A stretch of 64,000 nucleotides of DNA from a virus (Duplodnaviria > Caudoviricetes). The notes beneath the pieces were generated by a model, which made no database searches, was not told the origin of the DNA, and worked only from the letters and a program-made list of their open reading frames with translations. The DNA is taken from the IMG/VR virus record IMGVR_UViG_3300012665_000674, positions 1-64,000 of that record; one strand, given 5' to 3'. Every line of letters starts with the position of its first letter. Position 1 is the stretch's first letter. This document shows, piece by piece, positions 49,185 through 57,919 of this stretch. Both the position numbers and the translations under genes were made by a program.

Positions 49185-49742
49185 TTAGTTAAGTGGGCCG
49201 CCATTAACTGGAGTAGGTAAAACACCAGTTGTGCCTGTGTTAGCATGGGGCATCCCTAATTCTGTAATAGTAAATGGTGCAGATGTAACACCTGTTACTT
49301 CTAAAAATGATACTACATTACCTTGCCCAACAATAATACTATTGTTAACTGTGTTAGCAGGAATGATTGTGCTATTAGCAGTAGCTACAGTGTATGCAAC
49401 ACCATATGGGTTATATCGTGCTGTTGCGCCGCTAATTGCTACCGCTGAATTAGCAGTCAATGTCAGACTTGTATTGTTAGCAATTGCTTTTACAATCCCT
49501 GCGGTGTTACCTGATGTATTACCAATCCAAGCACCAATGTTTAACTGTGATAAGAAGGCAGTACCAGAACCTGTTACGGTTGCACTATTAGTAGCAGCAG
49601 TAACTGTTCCTGTTAATGCAACGTTTGGGAAACTAGTTGTATATTGAATAGCACTAGTTGTAGTTGCTATTTGTATTTTGTCTGTAGCAATATTTCCTGA
49701 TGTTGCCACTGCTGAACTTGCTGTATATGCGTATGATGCCAT
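49185..49742 (-). CDS. Virion structural protein
   Basis: A/T/N-rich; VTGSGTAF beta motif. Confidence 0.6.
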   Translation of the reverse strand: MASYAYTASSAVATSGNIATDKIQIATTTSAIQYTTSFPNVALTGTVTAATNSATVTGSGTAFLSQLNIGAWIGNTSGNTAGIVKAIANNTSLTLTANSAVAISGATARYNPYGVAYTVATANSTIIPANTVNNSIIVGQGNVVSFLEVTGVTSAPFTITELGMPHANTGTTGVLPTPVNGGPLN

Positions 49743-49760
49743 TTTATTTTTCCTATTATT

Positions 49761-52007
49761 TTAAAGTCTACCGACTGCGATTTCAATAACGCCTTCGATT
49801 CCGTCAAAGTTTTCTAATGCTTTGCCGATAACTGTTCCCATGTGAGGTGCTGAACTTGGTCTAGCAAATCCATTGCCGCCAGATACCATCATATCACCTT
49901 TGTTAATTGTACCACGCACTTTCGTTGGTACTCGACCTTGCAATGCAATTGCTGTTGCAATACCGGAACATTTTGTATTCATTACATATGCTGGATCAGT
50001 AGAGACAACACCTGCAACTCTTGATGTTCCATCTGTTGCTAGTGTAACTTCTTTCTCGCCGCCAAATTCTAATACAGTTCCAGGATCATACACTGCATCA
50101 GCTTCATAATATTCTGCCAAGTCAGCATATGTTGCTTGTAGTCTAGAACCAGCTGTTAATGTCCAATTGCCGGTTAAGTTGCCTGCGGTAGAGTTTGCAC
50201 CAGTACTAATATTAGTGGTAGTTATGCCTGTTGCAACAAAATATCCATTAGCAATGTTTGCACTAAATGCAGTATTTGAACCTAATGCATAATTTGCTCC
50301 TGCTGTGCCGCTGACAAATGTTGGGTAATATGTACCTGTTGTCAATGCTGTTAGAGCACTAAAGTCACTTACGTTTGCATACGCTACATTTAAATTGGTT
50401 ACACGTGTTGTGCTTGCAATTGTTAATGGTGCTGTTCCTGTTGCTACGTTACTTTCTAATATACTACTGATTACTCTACCACTAGTACCTAAGTTACCTA
50501 CATTAGCATTACCCGAAACACTAAATGTTCCTGAAATGTTTGCGCCAGTTCCAGTAACAGTAACAATGTTTGCATTACCTACTGCTGATATGGTTACATT
50601 ACCATTTGATGAAGCAATACGTACATTACTATTACCATTTGCTAATGGACCAAATACATTACCGACTAATCCGGTAGTAGTGACTACTAATACGTTTGAC
50701 GTACCACCAACACTAATTGCAATATTACCAGAAGCAGTAGGAATATTTACATTAGATGTTCCGTTTGCATATGGACCAATTAAATTACCACCTGTAATAT
50801 TACCTGATACACTCAAAGAAGTTAGTGTGCCAAGGCTTGTGATGTTTGGTTGAGCCGCAGTAGTTAATGTACCAGTAACTAATGTAGCTGATAATGCGCC
50901 AGTAGCCGCATTGAAAGATAAATTTGCATTTGCACCGTGTGCTAAATTTCCTGATGTAGCATTTGCAAACAGTGGATAGAATGTTCCGGTAGTTTGTAGT
51001 GTAGTAACAGAAAAATCACTAACGTTTGAATAAGAAACATTTAAGTTGCTTACACGTGTTGTACTTGTAACAGTTAATGGTGCTGTTCCTGTACTAACAT
51101 TAGAAATTAATACTGGTGCTGTGACAGTTGATGTAACATTTAAATTAGCAACATTCGTATTTCCATTAATTGTCAGTGCAGTTGTATTTTTATCAAAAGT
51201 AAATCCGGTGTTTCCAGCTAAAACACCACCATCATTAAATTGAACAGTAGTAGTTGAACCTCCGGCTGCACCAGATCCACCGCCACCTGTTCCACTTAAA
51301 CTAGCCGTAGCAACTGCTACGTTTGGTGTTGATGCACCTAAGTTAGTACCTACAGCCGCTGTACTTAATCCTGAATCAGTATATAACTCAACGTTACCAG
51401 TAGTTGCAAAATTGTTAGCTAGCTTAACATAAAACGTTTGTCCATTAACAATAGTATTTGCATTTGCACCATTTGCACCAGAAATAGTGACACCTAAACT
51501 ATTTGTATATGGTGTGGTGTTTGCCACTGTCATTATGATTGGAGTAGCATTTGATAGTGCTATGATCGGAGTGTACAACGTACCTTTTGGAGTCCAAGAA
51601 AGATTTCCTGTTCCGTCTGTTTCTAACACATATCCAATAGCACCGCCATTGATATTTAAATATTCTACATTACCTAAATCTAATTTAAAATTTGCATTAG
51701 CAGATATTATATCCGTGCTTGGGTAATTTTCCCAAGTATTCGTACTTTCAATATAGGTTAATAGTTGTCCGTTATTTGCAAGATTAATATTAATATTGCC
51801 GCCATCACTACCATCTACTTGACTAAAACTAATAGTTGAATATGAAGTTAAAACTTCAATATTTTCGTTCTCTACGGCATTTCCTGTTCTTCCAATGAAC
51901 AGTCGTTTGTCATCGGTTGCCCAGCCGAACTCTGCATTATCAAGCTGAGGTAGGTCAACTAAGTTACCTGCTCTTTGTTGGATTTTACTGATTTGTACTA
52001 TAGCCAT
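49761..52007 (-). CDS. Tail fibre protein
   Basis: LPQLDNAEFGWATD.KRLFIG N-terminus; AQPNITSLGTL and APLTVTSTTRV repeats; C-terminal YADLAEYY...GRVP...IGKALE. Confidence 0.8.
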   Translation of the reverse strand: MAIVQISKIQQRAGNLVDLPQLDNAEFGWATDDKRLFIGRTGNAVENENIEVLTSYSTISFSQVDGSDGGNININLANNGQLLTYIESTNTWENYPSTDIISANANFKLDLGNVEYLNINGGAIGYVLETDGTGNLSWTPKGTLYTPIIALSNATPIIMTVANTTPYTNSLGVTISGANGANANTIVNGQTFYVKLANNFATTGNVELYTDSGLSTAAVGTNLGASTPNVAVATASLSGTGGGGSGAAGGSTTTVQFNDGGVLAGNTGFTFDKNTTALTINGNTNVANLNVTSTVTAPVLISNVSTGTAPLTVTSTTRVSNLNVSYSNVSDFSVTTLQTTGTFYPLFANATSGNLAHGANANLSFNAATGALSATLVTGTLTTAAQPNITSLGTLTSLSVSGNITGGNLIGPYANGTSNVNIPTASGNIAISVGGTSNVLVVTTTGLVGNVFGPLANGNSNVRIASSNGNVTISAVGNANIVTVTGTGANISGTFSVSGNANVGNLGTSGRVISSILESNVATGTAPLTIASTTRVTNLNVAYANVSDFSALTALTTGTYYPTFVSGTAGANYALGSNTAFSANIANGYFVATGITTTNISTGANSTAGNLTGNWTLTAGSRLQATYADLAEYYEADAVYDPGTVLEFGGEKEVTLATDGTSRVAGVVSTDPAYVMNTKCSGIATAIALQGRVPTKVRGTINKGDMMVSGGNGFARPSSAPHMGTVIGKALENFDGIEGVIEIAVGRL

Positions 52008-52059
52008 AAGTGTATTTCTTCACGATATACACTTATTTATCACAAACCCGATCTAATCG

Positions 52060-52746
52060 TTATAGGAATTTCATATAATATTCTTCTACACGCTTAAACC
52101 ATTTATCTGACCATTTATCAAATTCTGCACCCTCTACAATGAATTCCTGATATACATTATCTGCTGTACACATAAAAATAACACCCTTACGAATGTTTGT
52201 TCCGTGTACTTCATTGTGTGCATTTGCGTATGCGGTTAACTGCAAAAAGTAATCTTCAATCCACTCACGTTTTTTTAACTTGTTAGATTGTTTATGGTCC
52301 ATAATAGCTTCACTACCATCATGTATACCGCATAAGTCTGTAGTACCGGCATATACTTTTGGGAAATATAATGGAACCTCTGTTCCCCAATATTCACTAC
52401 AGTTAATCAATCCTTGATTAATGATAGATTGGGCCATTGTGTGACTTTGAATACTATATGGATTTGATCCTGGTTCTCCTATTTTTCCAGTCTTAATATA
52501 GTCTTCAATCCACTTATGCATTCGTGTACCACGTCCTGCGGCTTCAGTGGTTATCTCTTGTGCTTTTTTATGTCCTACACGATTTCGCCATTCTTGTAGT
52601 GCTTTTTTAGCCTCTTCGGGTTTAGTTGATTCTAGTATCGTGGTAACACTGGGTAATTTTTCACCGTCTGGAGTAGCGTATTTTCTTGACCCGTCTACTG
52701 TTGTTCTAAGTAAAGGTTCGTATTTATATTTGGTTGGATTGTACAT
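52060..52746 (-). CDS. PD-(D/E)xK exonuclease (Cas4/RecB-like)
   Basis: SVTTIL, RGT.MH, EVPL, YAGTTD, IMDHKQS, QLTAYA; probable start ATG at 52746. Confidence 0.85.
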   Translation of the reverse strand: MYNPTKYKYEPLLRTTVDGSRKYATPDGEKLPSVTTILESTKPEEAKKALQEWRNRVGHKKAQEITTEAAGRGTRMHKWIEDYIKTGKIGEPGSNPYSIQSHTMAQSIINQGLINCSEYWGTEVPLYFPKVYAGTTDLCGIHDGSEAIMDHKQSNKLKKREWIEDYFLQLTAYANAHNEVHGTNIRKGVIFMCTADNVYQEFIVEGAEFDKWSDKWFKRVEEYYMKFL

Positions 52747-52763
52747 GTACAAATTATACTACA

Positions 52764-53528
52764 TTACAATTTAAATTTACACCATTCTGGGAATTTCTGA
52801 TGATATTTACTTGTTGCTTGAAAATCATTTAATGATAAAAAATCACCATCAATTTTTTGTAAACCATGAAATAATCTATCAATTTGCGTAATCGTGTAGT
52901 TTGCGATTACTTTCTGAGTTTTTTCCCCATCGTGTCCGCAAGGTAATTTAGGCTCACCGTCACTTCCTATTTTATAGAAGTGTTCTATCCTATAAGGATT
53001 ATTGTCAATGATATCACTCATGTATGCTAACTTAGGTAAAAAATCGTATTTTTCTGCTGTGTCATCAGAATAATCTGTCATCATATAAGGTATGTCCATT
53101 ACCTTAAAAAGATTCATAAGTGATAGTTTATACACAAAGGTTTTTCTAAAAAAATCTTCATAATTGAAGTTAGTTAAAAAATTCTCAAATACTATTTGTA
53201 GTTTTTCATGTTCTTCAGGCATATGGAACGGTGCATAATCATTAAAATGTCGATCATTATAATTTCTTTTCTGCCATGTTTCTCTTCGCCAATATTGGCT
53301 CCATGCAATTATAAATAATGGTTTACTATTTGTGGGTAAATTTTTATAGATATATTCATGTGATACTCTATGTATAAAATCATTTCCTGCCCCGGGCACA
53401 GCAAGATTAACTAACGGAACATTTAACTTTTTGGCAACTAATGCAGGCCAACCTTGAGTTGATGGGCTATCTAACCCTTGACAATAAGTCCAGCTACAAC
53501 CTATTGTTACTACATGTGTAATTTTCAA
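52764..53528 (-). CDS. SGNH-like hydrolase or acyltransferase
   Basis: GCSWTY, NLAVPGAGND, W(S/T)Q..R.E, LPCGH; probable TTG start at 53528. Confidence 0.55.
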   Translation of the reverse strand: MKITHVVTIGCSWTYCQGLDSPSTQGWPALVAKKLNVPLVNLAVPGAGNDFIHRVSHEYIYKNLPTNSKPLFIIAWSQYWRRETWQKRNYNDRHFNDYAPFHMPEEHEKLQIVFENFLTNFNYEDFFRKTFVYKLSLMNLFKVMDIPYMMTDYSDDTAEKYDFLPKLAYMSDIIDNNPYRIEHFYKIGSDGEPKLPCGHDGEKTQKVIANYTITQIDRLFHGLQKIDGDFLSLNDFQATSKYHQKFPEWCKFKL

Positions 53529-53529
53529 T

Positions 53530-53850
53530 TTAAACCCTGAAACTTTCTCCGCATCCGCAGCGATCACGTTCATTGGGATTACGAAATTCGAATCCCTCAT
53601 TTAATCCATTACGTACATAATCAATAGTCATTCCCTGCAAGTATGCACAACTTTTAGGATCAATATATAAAGCACAACCCTCACAATCAATTTTTATATC
53701 ATGTTCATCGGGATTGTCAACATATTCAAGCACATAGGCTAAACCAGAACAACCTGTCGTTTTGACTGCTATTCTGATTCCTAATCCTTTACCTCTTTTA
53801 GAGAGTGTTTGTTTTACTTTGTGAGATGCTATATCTGTAATGTTTATCAT
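53530..53850 (-). CDS. iscA: IscA/HesB Fe-S cluster carrier protein
   Basis: TTGCSGLAY and CGCGESF. Confidence 0.95.
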   Translation of the reverse strand: MINITDIASHKVKQTLSKRGKGLGIRIAVKTTGCSGLAYVLEYVDNPDEHDIKIDCEGCALYIDPKSCAYLQGMTIDYVRNGLNEGFEFRNPNERDRCGCGESFRV

Positions 53851-53852
53851 TT

Positions 53853-54182
53853 TTACTTCATAGCATCATGTGCCATGTTGTTTACGACTTGCTGGCTTTG
53901 TTGTTGGTCTTGATTGGGTTTTACTCCTGATTCTTGACCTACAAAAATAACATTGCCTGCTTGTATATTACTTATGACTTTATTGAGTGGTGGTTTTTTT
54001 ATCATATCATATAATGAATCAATGGATAAATTCAATCCAAAATCACTAAGATATGATAAAAATTCTTCTTCAGTCCAATCAGCTTTTTCTTGACCCTTGT
54101 TTATGCTATCTTTAAGTTGATTGGCAACAGCAACAAGTCTGACAGTATCTGGATCAGGACTATCAAGTTCAAATAAAAACAT
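53853..54182 (-). CDS. Hypothetical protein
   Basis: Start MFLFELD directly after the upstream stop. Confidence 0.6.
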   Translation of the reverse strand: MFLFELDSPDPDTVRLVAVANQLKDSINKGQEKADWTEEEFLSYLSDFGLNLSIDSLYDMIKKPPLNKVISNIQAGNVIFVGQESGVKPNQDQQQSQQVVNNMAHDAMK

Positions 54183-54183
54183 A

Positions 54184-54906
54184 TTAGCGTTTGGCTCTAC
54201 CAACGCCAGACACTGGTGCTTCTTCTGGTTCTGGAATTTCTTCTTCACCAGCTTCTAAACCTGCATCCATGCCTGCATCCATGCCTACTTCTTCACCAGC
54301 TTCTAAACCTGCATCCATGCCTGCATCCATACCTAACTCTGCGCCAGCGTCAAATGCTTGTGCACCGGCATCACCTGTTACAGTACCTAATGCAGACTTC
54401 ATTCCGTTGAATGCTTCTTTTAGTGCAGCACTTAATTGGTCTAATTGTTGTGATACTTGATCATTATATGTTTGACTTTCATTCACACCAATTTCAGATT
54501 CAATACCTGATACTAATGCAGGTAATTCTTTAACTTGCATCTGACCTACTTCTTCAAGCATTTTTTGTATGCTATCAACTAAGTCTTGTGCAGCCAATAC
54601 AACTTGTGATTTTTCAACTTCTTCGTTTTCTATGACGATACGTGGTTGAGGACGTGAACGCAATTCATTAAAATGATCTGCTAGGGCTTGCTCCATAAAC
54701 ACCAACTTCATGTGTGCAGGAGTTGTTTGGTATTTGTAGAAATTTGAAGACTGTTTAGATTCAGTCATTAATCCACGTACTTTTTCAAGCATTGTTCGTG
54801 TTGATGAGATGGACATCTTGTTCACATCGAACGGAAGTTCGTAATGCTCTTTTAATGCTCTAGATGCATTGTGACGGGTTTTGTTATCAAGTTCAGTTAG
54901 TTTCAT
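54184..54906 (-). CDS. Putative prohead core / scaffold-like protein
   Basis: MKLTELD start; helical body and acidic tail; GATAAATA upstream. Confidence 0.55.
   Translation of the reverse strand: MKLTELDNKTRHNASRALKEHYELPFDVNKMSISSTRTMLEKVRGLMTESKQSSNFYKYQTTPAHMKLVFMEQALADHFNELRSRPQPRIVIENEEVEKSQVVLAAQDLVDSIQKMLEEVGQMQVKELPALVSGIESEIGVNESQTYNDQVSQQLDQLSAALKEAFNGMKSALGTVTGDAGAQAFDAGAELGMDAGMDAGLEAGEEVGMDAGMDAGLEAGEEEIPEPEEAPVSGVGRAKR
54241..54334. repeat. 48-bp in-frame tandem duplication (GMDAGMDAGLEAGEE x2)
   Basis: Units start at 54241 and 54289, each containing a 12-bp sub-repeat. Confidence 0.9.
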
Positions 54907-54954
54907 AGTTTTATCCAAAGAAATATATAATGTATTTATCTTTAATGTAATTTA

Positions 54955-55431
54955 TTAATGGGATTTAGTATTAAATCTTTTTGCATGCCATGACTTTGAA
55001 TCAATTATAAAGTCATTTAACTCTTCGGTTAATCTTTTAAGCATCAATCGTTCTTCGCCTAATTTAGCAAGGTATATCAATTTTTCTTCATTATTTTTGC
55101 TATTTTTTACCATCTTTTGATGCACAATAATATTGGCATCAAGTCTAGCTAGTTTTTTGTCAAGTTCAATAATTCTTTTCGAATCCATTATTTTATTTCT
55201 TCGATCAAATGTACACCAGGTAACCGCATTTTTTAATTCCCAAAAAATCAGTGTACTAGATGAAGTGAAAAAACCTACTTCATAGGATCCGTTTATTTTT
55301 GTAATAGTATACTTATTGAATAACTGATATGTACCAGTTGAATCTTGAAAGATAGACAAATCCTGTAGATGTTTCAAATCATCTTTGTGAATAGTCTTTT
55401 CTATCTTTTGGAATATTTTTTCATTAATCAT
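54955..55431 (-). CDS. Hypothetical protein
   Basis: 158-aa ORF. Confidence 0.6.
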   Translation of the reverse strand: MINEKIFQKIEKTIHKDDLKHLQDLSIFQDSTGTYQLFNKYTITKINGSYEVGFFTSSSTLIFWELKNAVTWCTFDRRNKIMDSKRIIELDKKLARLDANIIVHQKMVKNSKNNEEKLIYLAKLGEERLMLKRLTEELNDFIIDSKSWHAKRFNTKSH

Positions 55432-55879
55432 GGTTCAGTGTTTTAAAAAATATATTTCTTAGTTCATCACTACTATCTAAAGTATTGTCAAGTTTGTCCC
55501 ACATGGTGTGACATTTAATCATAGGTACTCTTTCACAATCACGATATAATGATCCTAAATCATGTATTCCGTCATAGAACACACTAGGGTGTTGCACAGT
55601 AAAATCAAATGACCAACAAGGATATGTTTCATCTTCTTGTTGTTCAAAAAGAAATCCAAAATCTGTAAATGTATCAAAACGAATTTCCATTTTGCTAGGT
55701 TTACGAATTATCTCAGGCTGACTACGTAAGGATATTACTTGTTGAATAGTGTCAAAATTACTTTGTGTATTACGTTTATAATACCACTCTTGTGGATCCT
55801 TGTCAATATCAGGGCGCTGACGATTAGGTACATTAGTTACTGTAATGTCAAAAAGAGTGTAACAAGTAATAATATGCAT
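55424..55879 (-). CDS. Hypothetical protein
   Basis: 151-aa ORF; TAAATA 5 nt upstream. Confidence 0.6.
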   Translation of the reverse strand: MHIITCYTLFDITVTNVPNRQRPDIDKDPQEWYYKRNTQSNFDTIQQVISLRSQPEIIRKPSKMEIRFDTFTDFGFLFEQQEDETYPCWSFDFTVQHPSVFYDGIHDLGSLYRDCERVPMIKCHTMWDKLDNTLDSSDELRNIFFKTLNHD

Positions 55880-55898
55880 AGTACTATTTAATAGAGGT

Positions 55899-55923
55899 AA
55901 AAAAACCCGAGAATTTCTCGGGT
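55899..55923 (-). terminator. Intrinsic terminator
   Basis: ACCCGAGAAATTCTCGGGT followed by TTTTTT. Confidence 0.8.
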
Positions 55924-55943
55924 CCTTTTATTCAAGTTAAAGA

Positions 55944-56327
55944 TTAACCTGTGAATGTAGCTGAAGCAGTAACAGTCAAGCTGTTTGACAAACCAGCATT
56001 AGCTAAAGCAGCAGTAGCGGCTGTGTCTAAAGTTCCAGTTGTCCATGCACCTGTTGGGTAAACAGCCATTGCTACTGTATCGTTTGTATCATTTGTGTAC
56101 TCATAGATGTAAACTGTAGCTAATTGTTGTGTAGCTTGGATAATTAGGTTAACTTGTGTACCTGTCAACTCACCAGTTCCTGTAACTGTGAAGAAGTCTA
56201 ACTTAGGACCTTGTGGTTGTACTGTGTTAGCAGTAGAAACAGCATTTGCACCGCTGTTTGTATATGCTGGGTAGTCTAAGTTTAATACTGGTAGTAAGTC
56301 ACCGTTTGATTTTGTAAATTGTGCCAT
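55944..56327 (-). CDS. Small virion structural protein (possible capsid decoration protein)
   Basis: Own late promoter, leader hairpin, strong SD and terminator; A/T-rich 127 aa. Confidence 0.55.
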   Translation of the reverse strand: MAQFTKSNGDLLPVLNLDYPAYTNSGANAVSTANTVQPQGPKLDFFTVTGTGELTGTQVNLIIQATQQLATVYIYEYTNDTNDTVAMAVYPTGAWTTGTLDTAATAALANAGLSNSLTVTASATFTG

Positions 56328-56387
56328 TTGGAAATTCCTTTAAATGTTTTGAATCCTACTGATTCATACTATTATTTATTCCTGATA

Positions 56388-56428
56388 CAAAAAAATCCAG
56401 GATTTGGTTATTAAAATCCTGGATTTTT
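56388..56428 (-). terminator. Intrinsic terminator with long stem
   Basis: AAAAATCCAGGATT...AATCCTGGATTTTT. Confidence 0.75.
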
Positions 56429-56446
56429 GTAATATAGTCGCACTTT

Positions 56447-57628
56447 TTACACTTTATCTGTCTGCCTACGTGTTGCTAATTTTTGTTGACGATTAGTTAT
56501 CGTCTGGTCTATGTTAGTTAAATCAGAATTTCCTAATTGTTTTTCAATATAAGATAATATTCTTTGTTTGCCTTTTTTATCTAATTTACCCAACAATCCT
56601 ATTGCTTGTTTGTAGGGAGTAGCAATAGTTGGTTGTACAGTTGTTGTAGGTTCGGTACTAGCAGATGTTGATGATGTACTAGTAGCCGGTGCAGTTGTAT
56701 CCGATGCAGATGCACCTTTACCTAAACCTTGTCGTATACCTGCCGCAAACGAACTAGTTGCGGGTTGTGTTGCACCTGCACCTGCTGTGTCTGTTGCATT
56801 ATCTTGATTACTGTAGGAAAAAGCATATCCTAAATTAGCTAACTTAGTGAGTGCATCTTTATTTCTTGGATAAGTACTTTCAATTTCATTTGCAAGAGTT
56901 GTCACTTGTGCTTGCACTTGGGAAGGTATAGTTTGAATTTGTAAATATTTTTTAAAAAATCGTTGAATGAAATCACTTATTGACTGCTTGGATGCTACTG
57001 CTTCATCAATATTAATAACACTTTCTAAAATATAGTCTAGTTTAGTATAAGTTGATTCTTTAAATAAATTTGCTTGAGCAGCCTGTTGTTTTTGTTTTCT
57101 AATATTAGCAGCCTGAATCGCAGTTTGATTGGCAGGTAATTTACTGACCGGAGACATTTGTGATTGAGCATTTGCGGCAGCATCTTTTTGTTTAGCTTGT
57201 CTGATATTCCCTGCTTGCACAGTTGGTTGATTAACTGGTAGTTTACTGACTGGGGCCGCAGTTTTATCTATATTTTGTTGTGCAGCCTTTTGCAATCTTA
57301 TACGTTTTTGCTCAGGGGTTTCTCCTGCAGGAGCTTGTTGAGTAGTAGGTGTTTGTTGAGTAGACGTTGTAGTGGGCTGAACACCCTTTATGCTAGGATC
57401 TACTAATCCGCCCTTAATAGCACTATCCAAATCAGCACTTGCTCTACCAATCATTTTACTAAGGAATATATTTTTAGCCATTTTATCCTGAACAGATAAT
57501 TGGTCAGAACCAGTTTTATTAAATGGATTTAGTCTACTGCCTGTTTGCTGTAAAGCCGCGGCTCCATAGTCTCCGAATGCCTGGGCCAGGTCTAATTCAT
57601 TCAATTGTTTAAATTCATTCAGTTTCAC
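56447..57628 (-). CDS. Low-complexity putative head-internal protein
   Basis: MKLNEFKQLNE N-terminus; internal FKE/ILE/IDE; duplicated PVSKLP.NQ..Q.NIR unit. Confidence 0.6.
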   Translation of the reverse strand: MKLNEFKQLNELDLAQAFGDYGAAALQQTGSRLNPFNKTGSDQLSVQDKMAKNIFLSKMIGRASADLDSAIKGGLVDPSIKGVQPTTTSTQQTPTTQQAPAGETPEQKRIRLQKAAQQNIDKTAAPVSKLPVNQPTVQAGNIRQAKQKDAAANAQSQMSPVSKLPANQTAIQAANIRKQKQQAAQANLFKESTYTKLDYILESVINIDEAVASKQSISDFIQRFFKKYLQIQTIPSQVQAQVTTLANEIESTYPRNKDALTKLANLGYAFSYSNQDNATDTAGAGATQPATSSFAAGIRQGLGKGASASDTTAPATSTSSTSASTEPTTTVQPTIATPYKQAIGLLGKLDKKGKQRILSYIEKQLGNSDLTNIDQTITNRQQKLATRRQTDKV

Positions 57629-57863
57629 GATTTTTCCTTAAAGATTTTGCAAATCTTGTTTGATCTTTGCTTTTGATAGCACTTAAAAGTTTCTTTTCCA
57701 GAAGTTGGGCTTTTTCCTCAGGATAATGACGATTAATCATTTCAATTAAATGAATTGCACTAACAATAATATTGTGGGCACGGTTTTCAATAACGTGAGG
57801 AGTATCACGATTATTTCCAAGTGCTTCTAGTTCCTGCAAAAGGGAGCGGGTTTGTTTCTGCAT
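57615..57863 (-). CDS. Hypothetical protein
   Basis: 82-aa ORF; GATAAATA at 57880-57887. Confidence 0.6.
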   Translation of the reverse strand: MQKQTRSLLQELEALGNNRDTPHVIENRAHNIIVSAIHLIEMINRHYPEEKAQLLEKKLLSAIKSKDQTRFAKSLRKNRETE

Positions 57864-57919
57864 ATGAGTATCCTAATAGTATTTATCAAAATTGGGTTTA
57901 ATTATATTTTAAGATATCT

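Noticed and set aside
49761-52007. Diversity-generating retroelement target in the fibre gene
   Set aside because: No reverse transcriptase and no TR/VR pair with adenine-specific mismatches noticed in the window
52060-52746. Cas4-like nuclease as evidence of a CRISPR-Cas system
   Set aside because: No array or other cas genes seen; stand-alone PD-(D/E)xK exonucleases are common in T4-like phages
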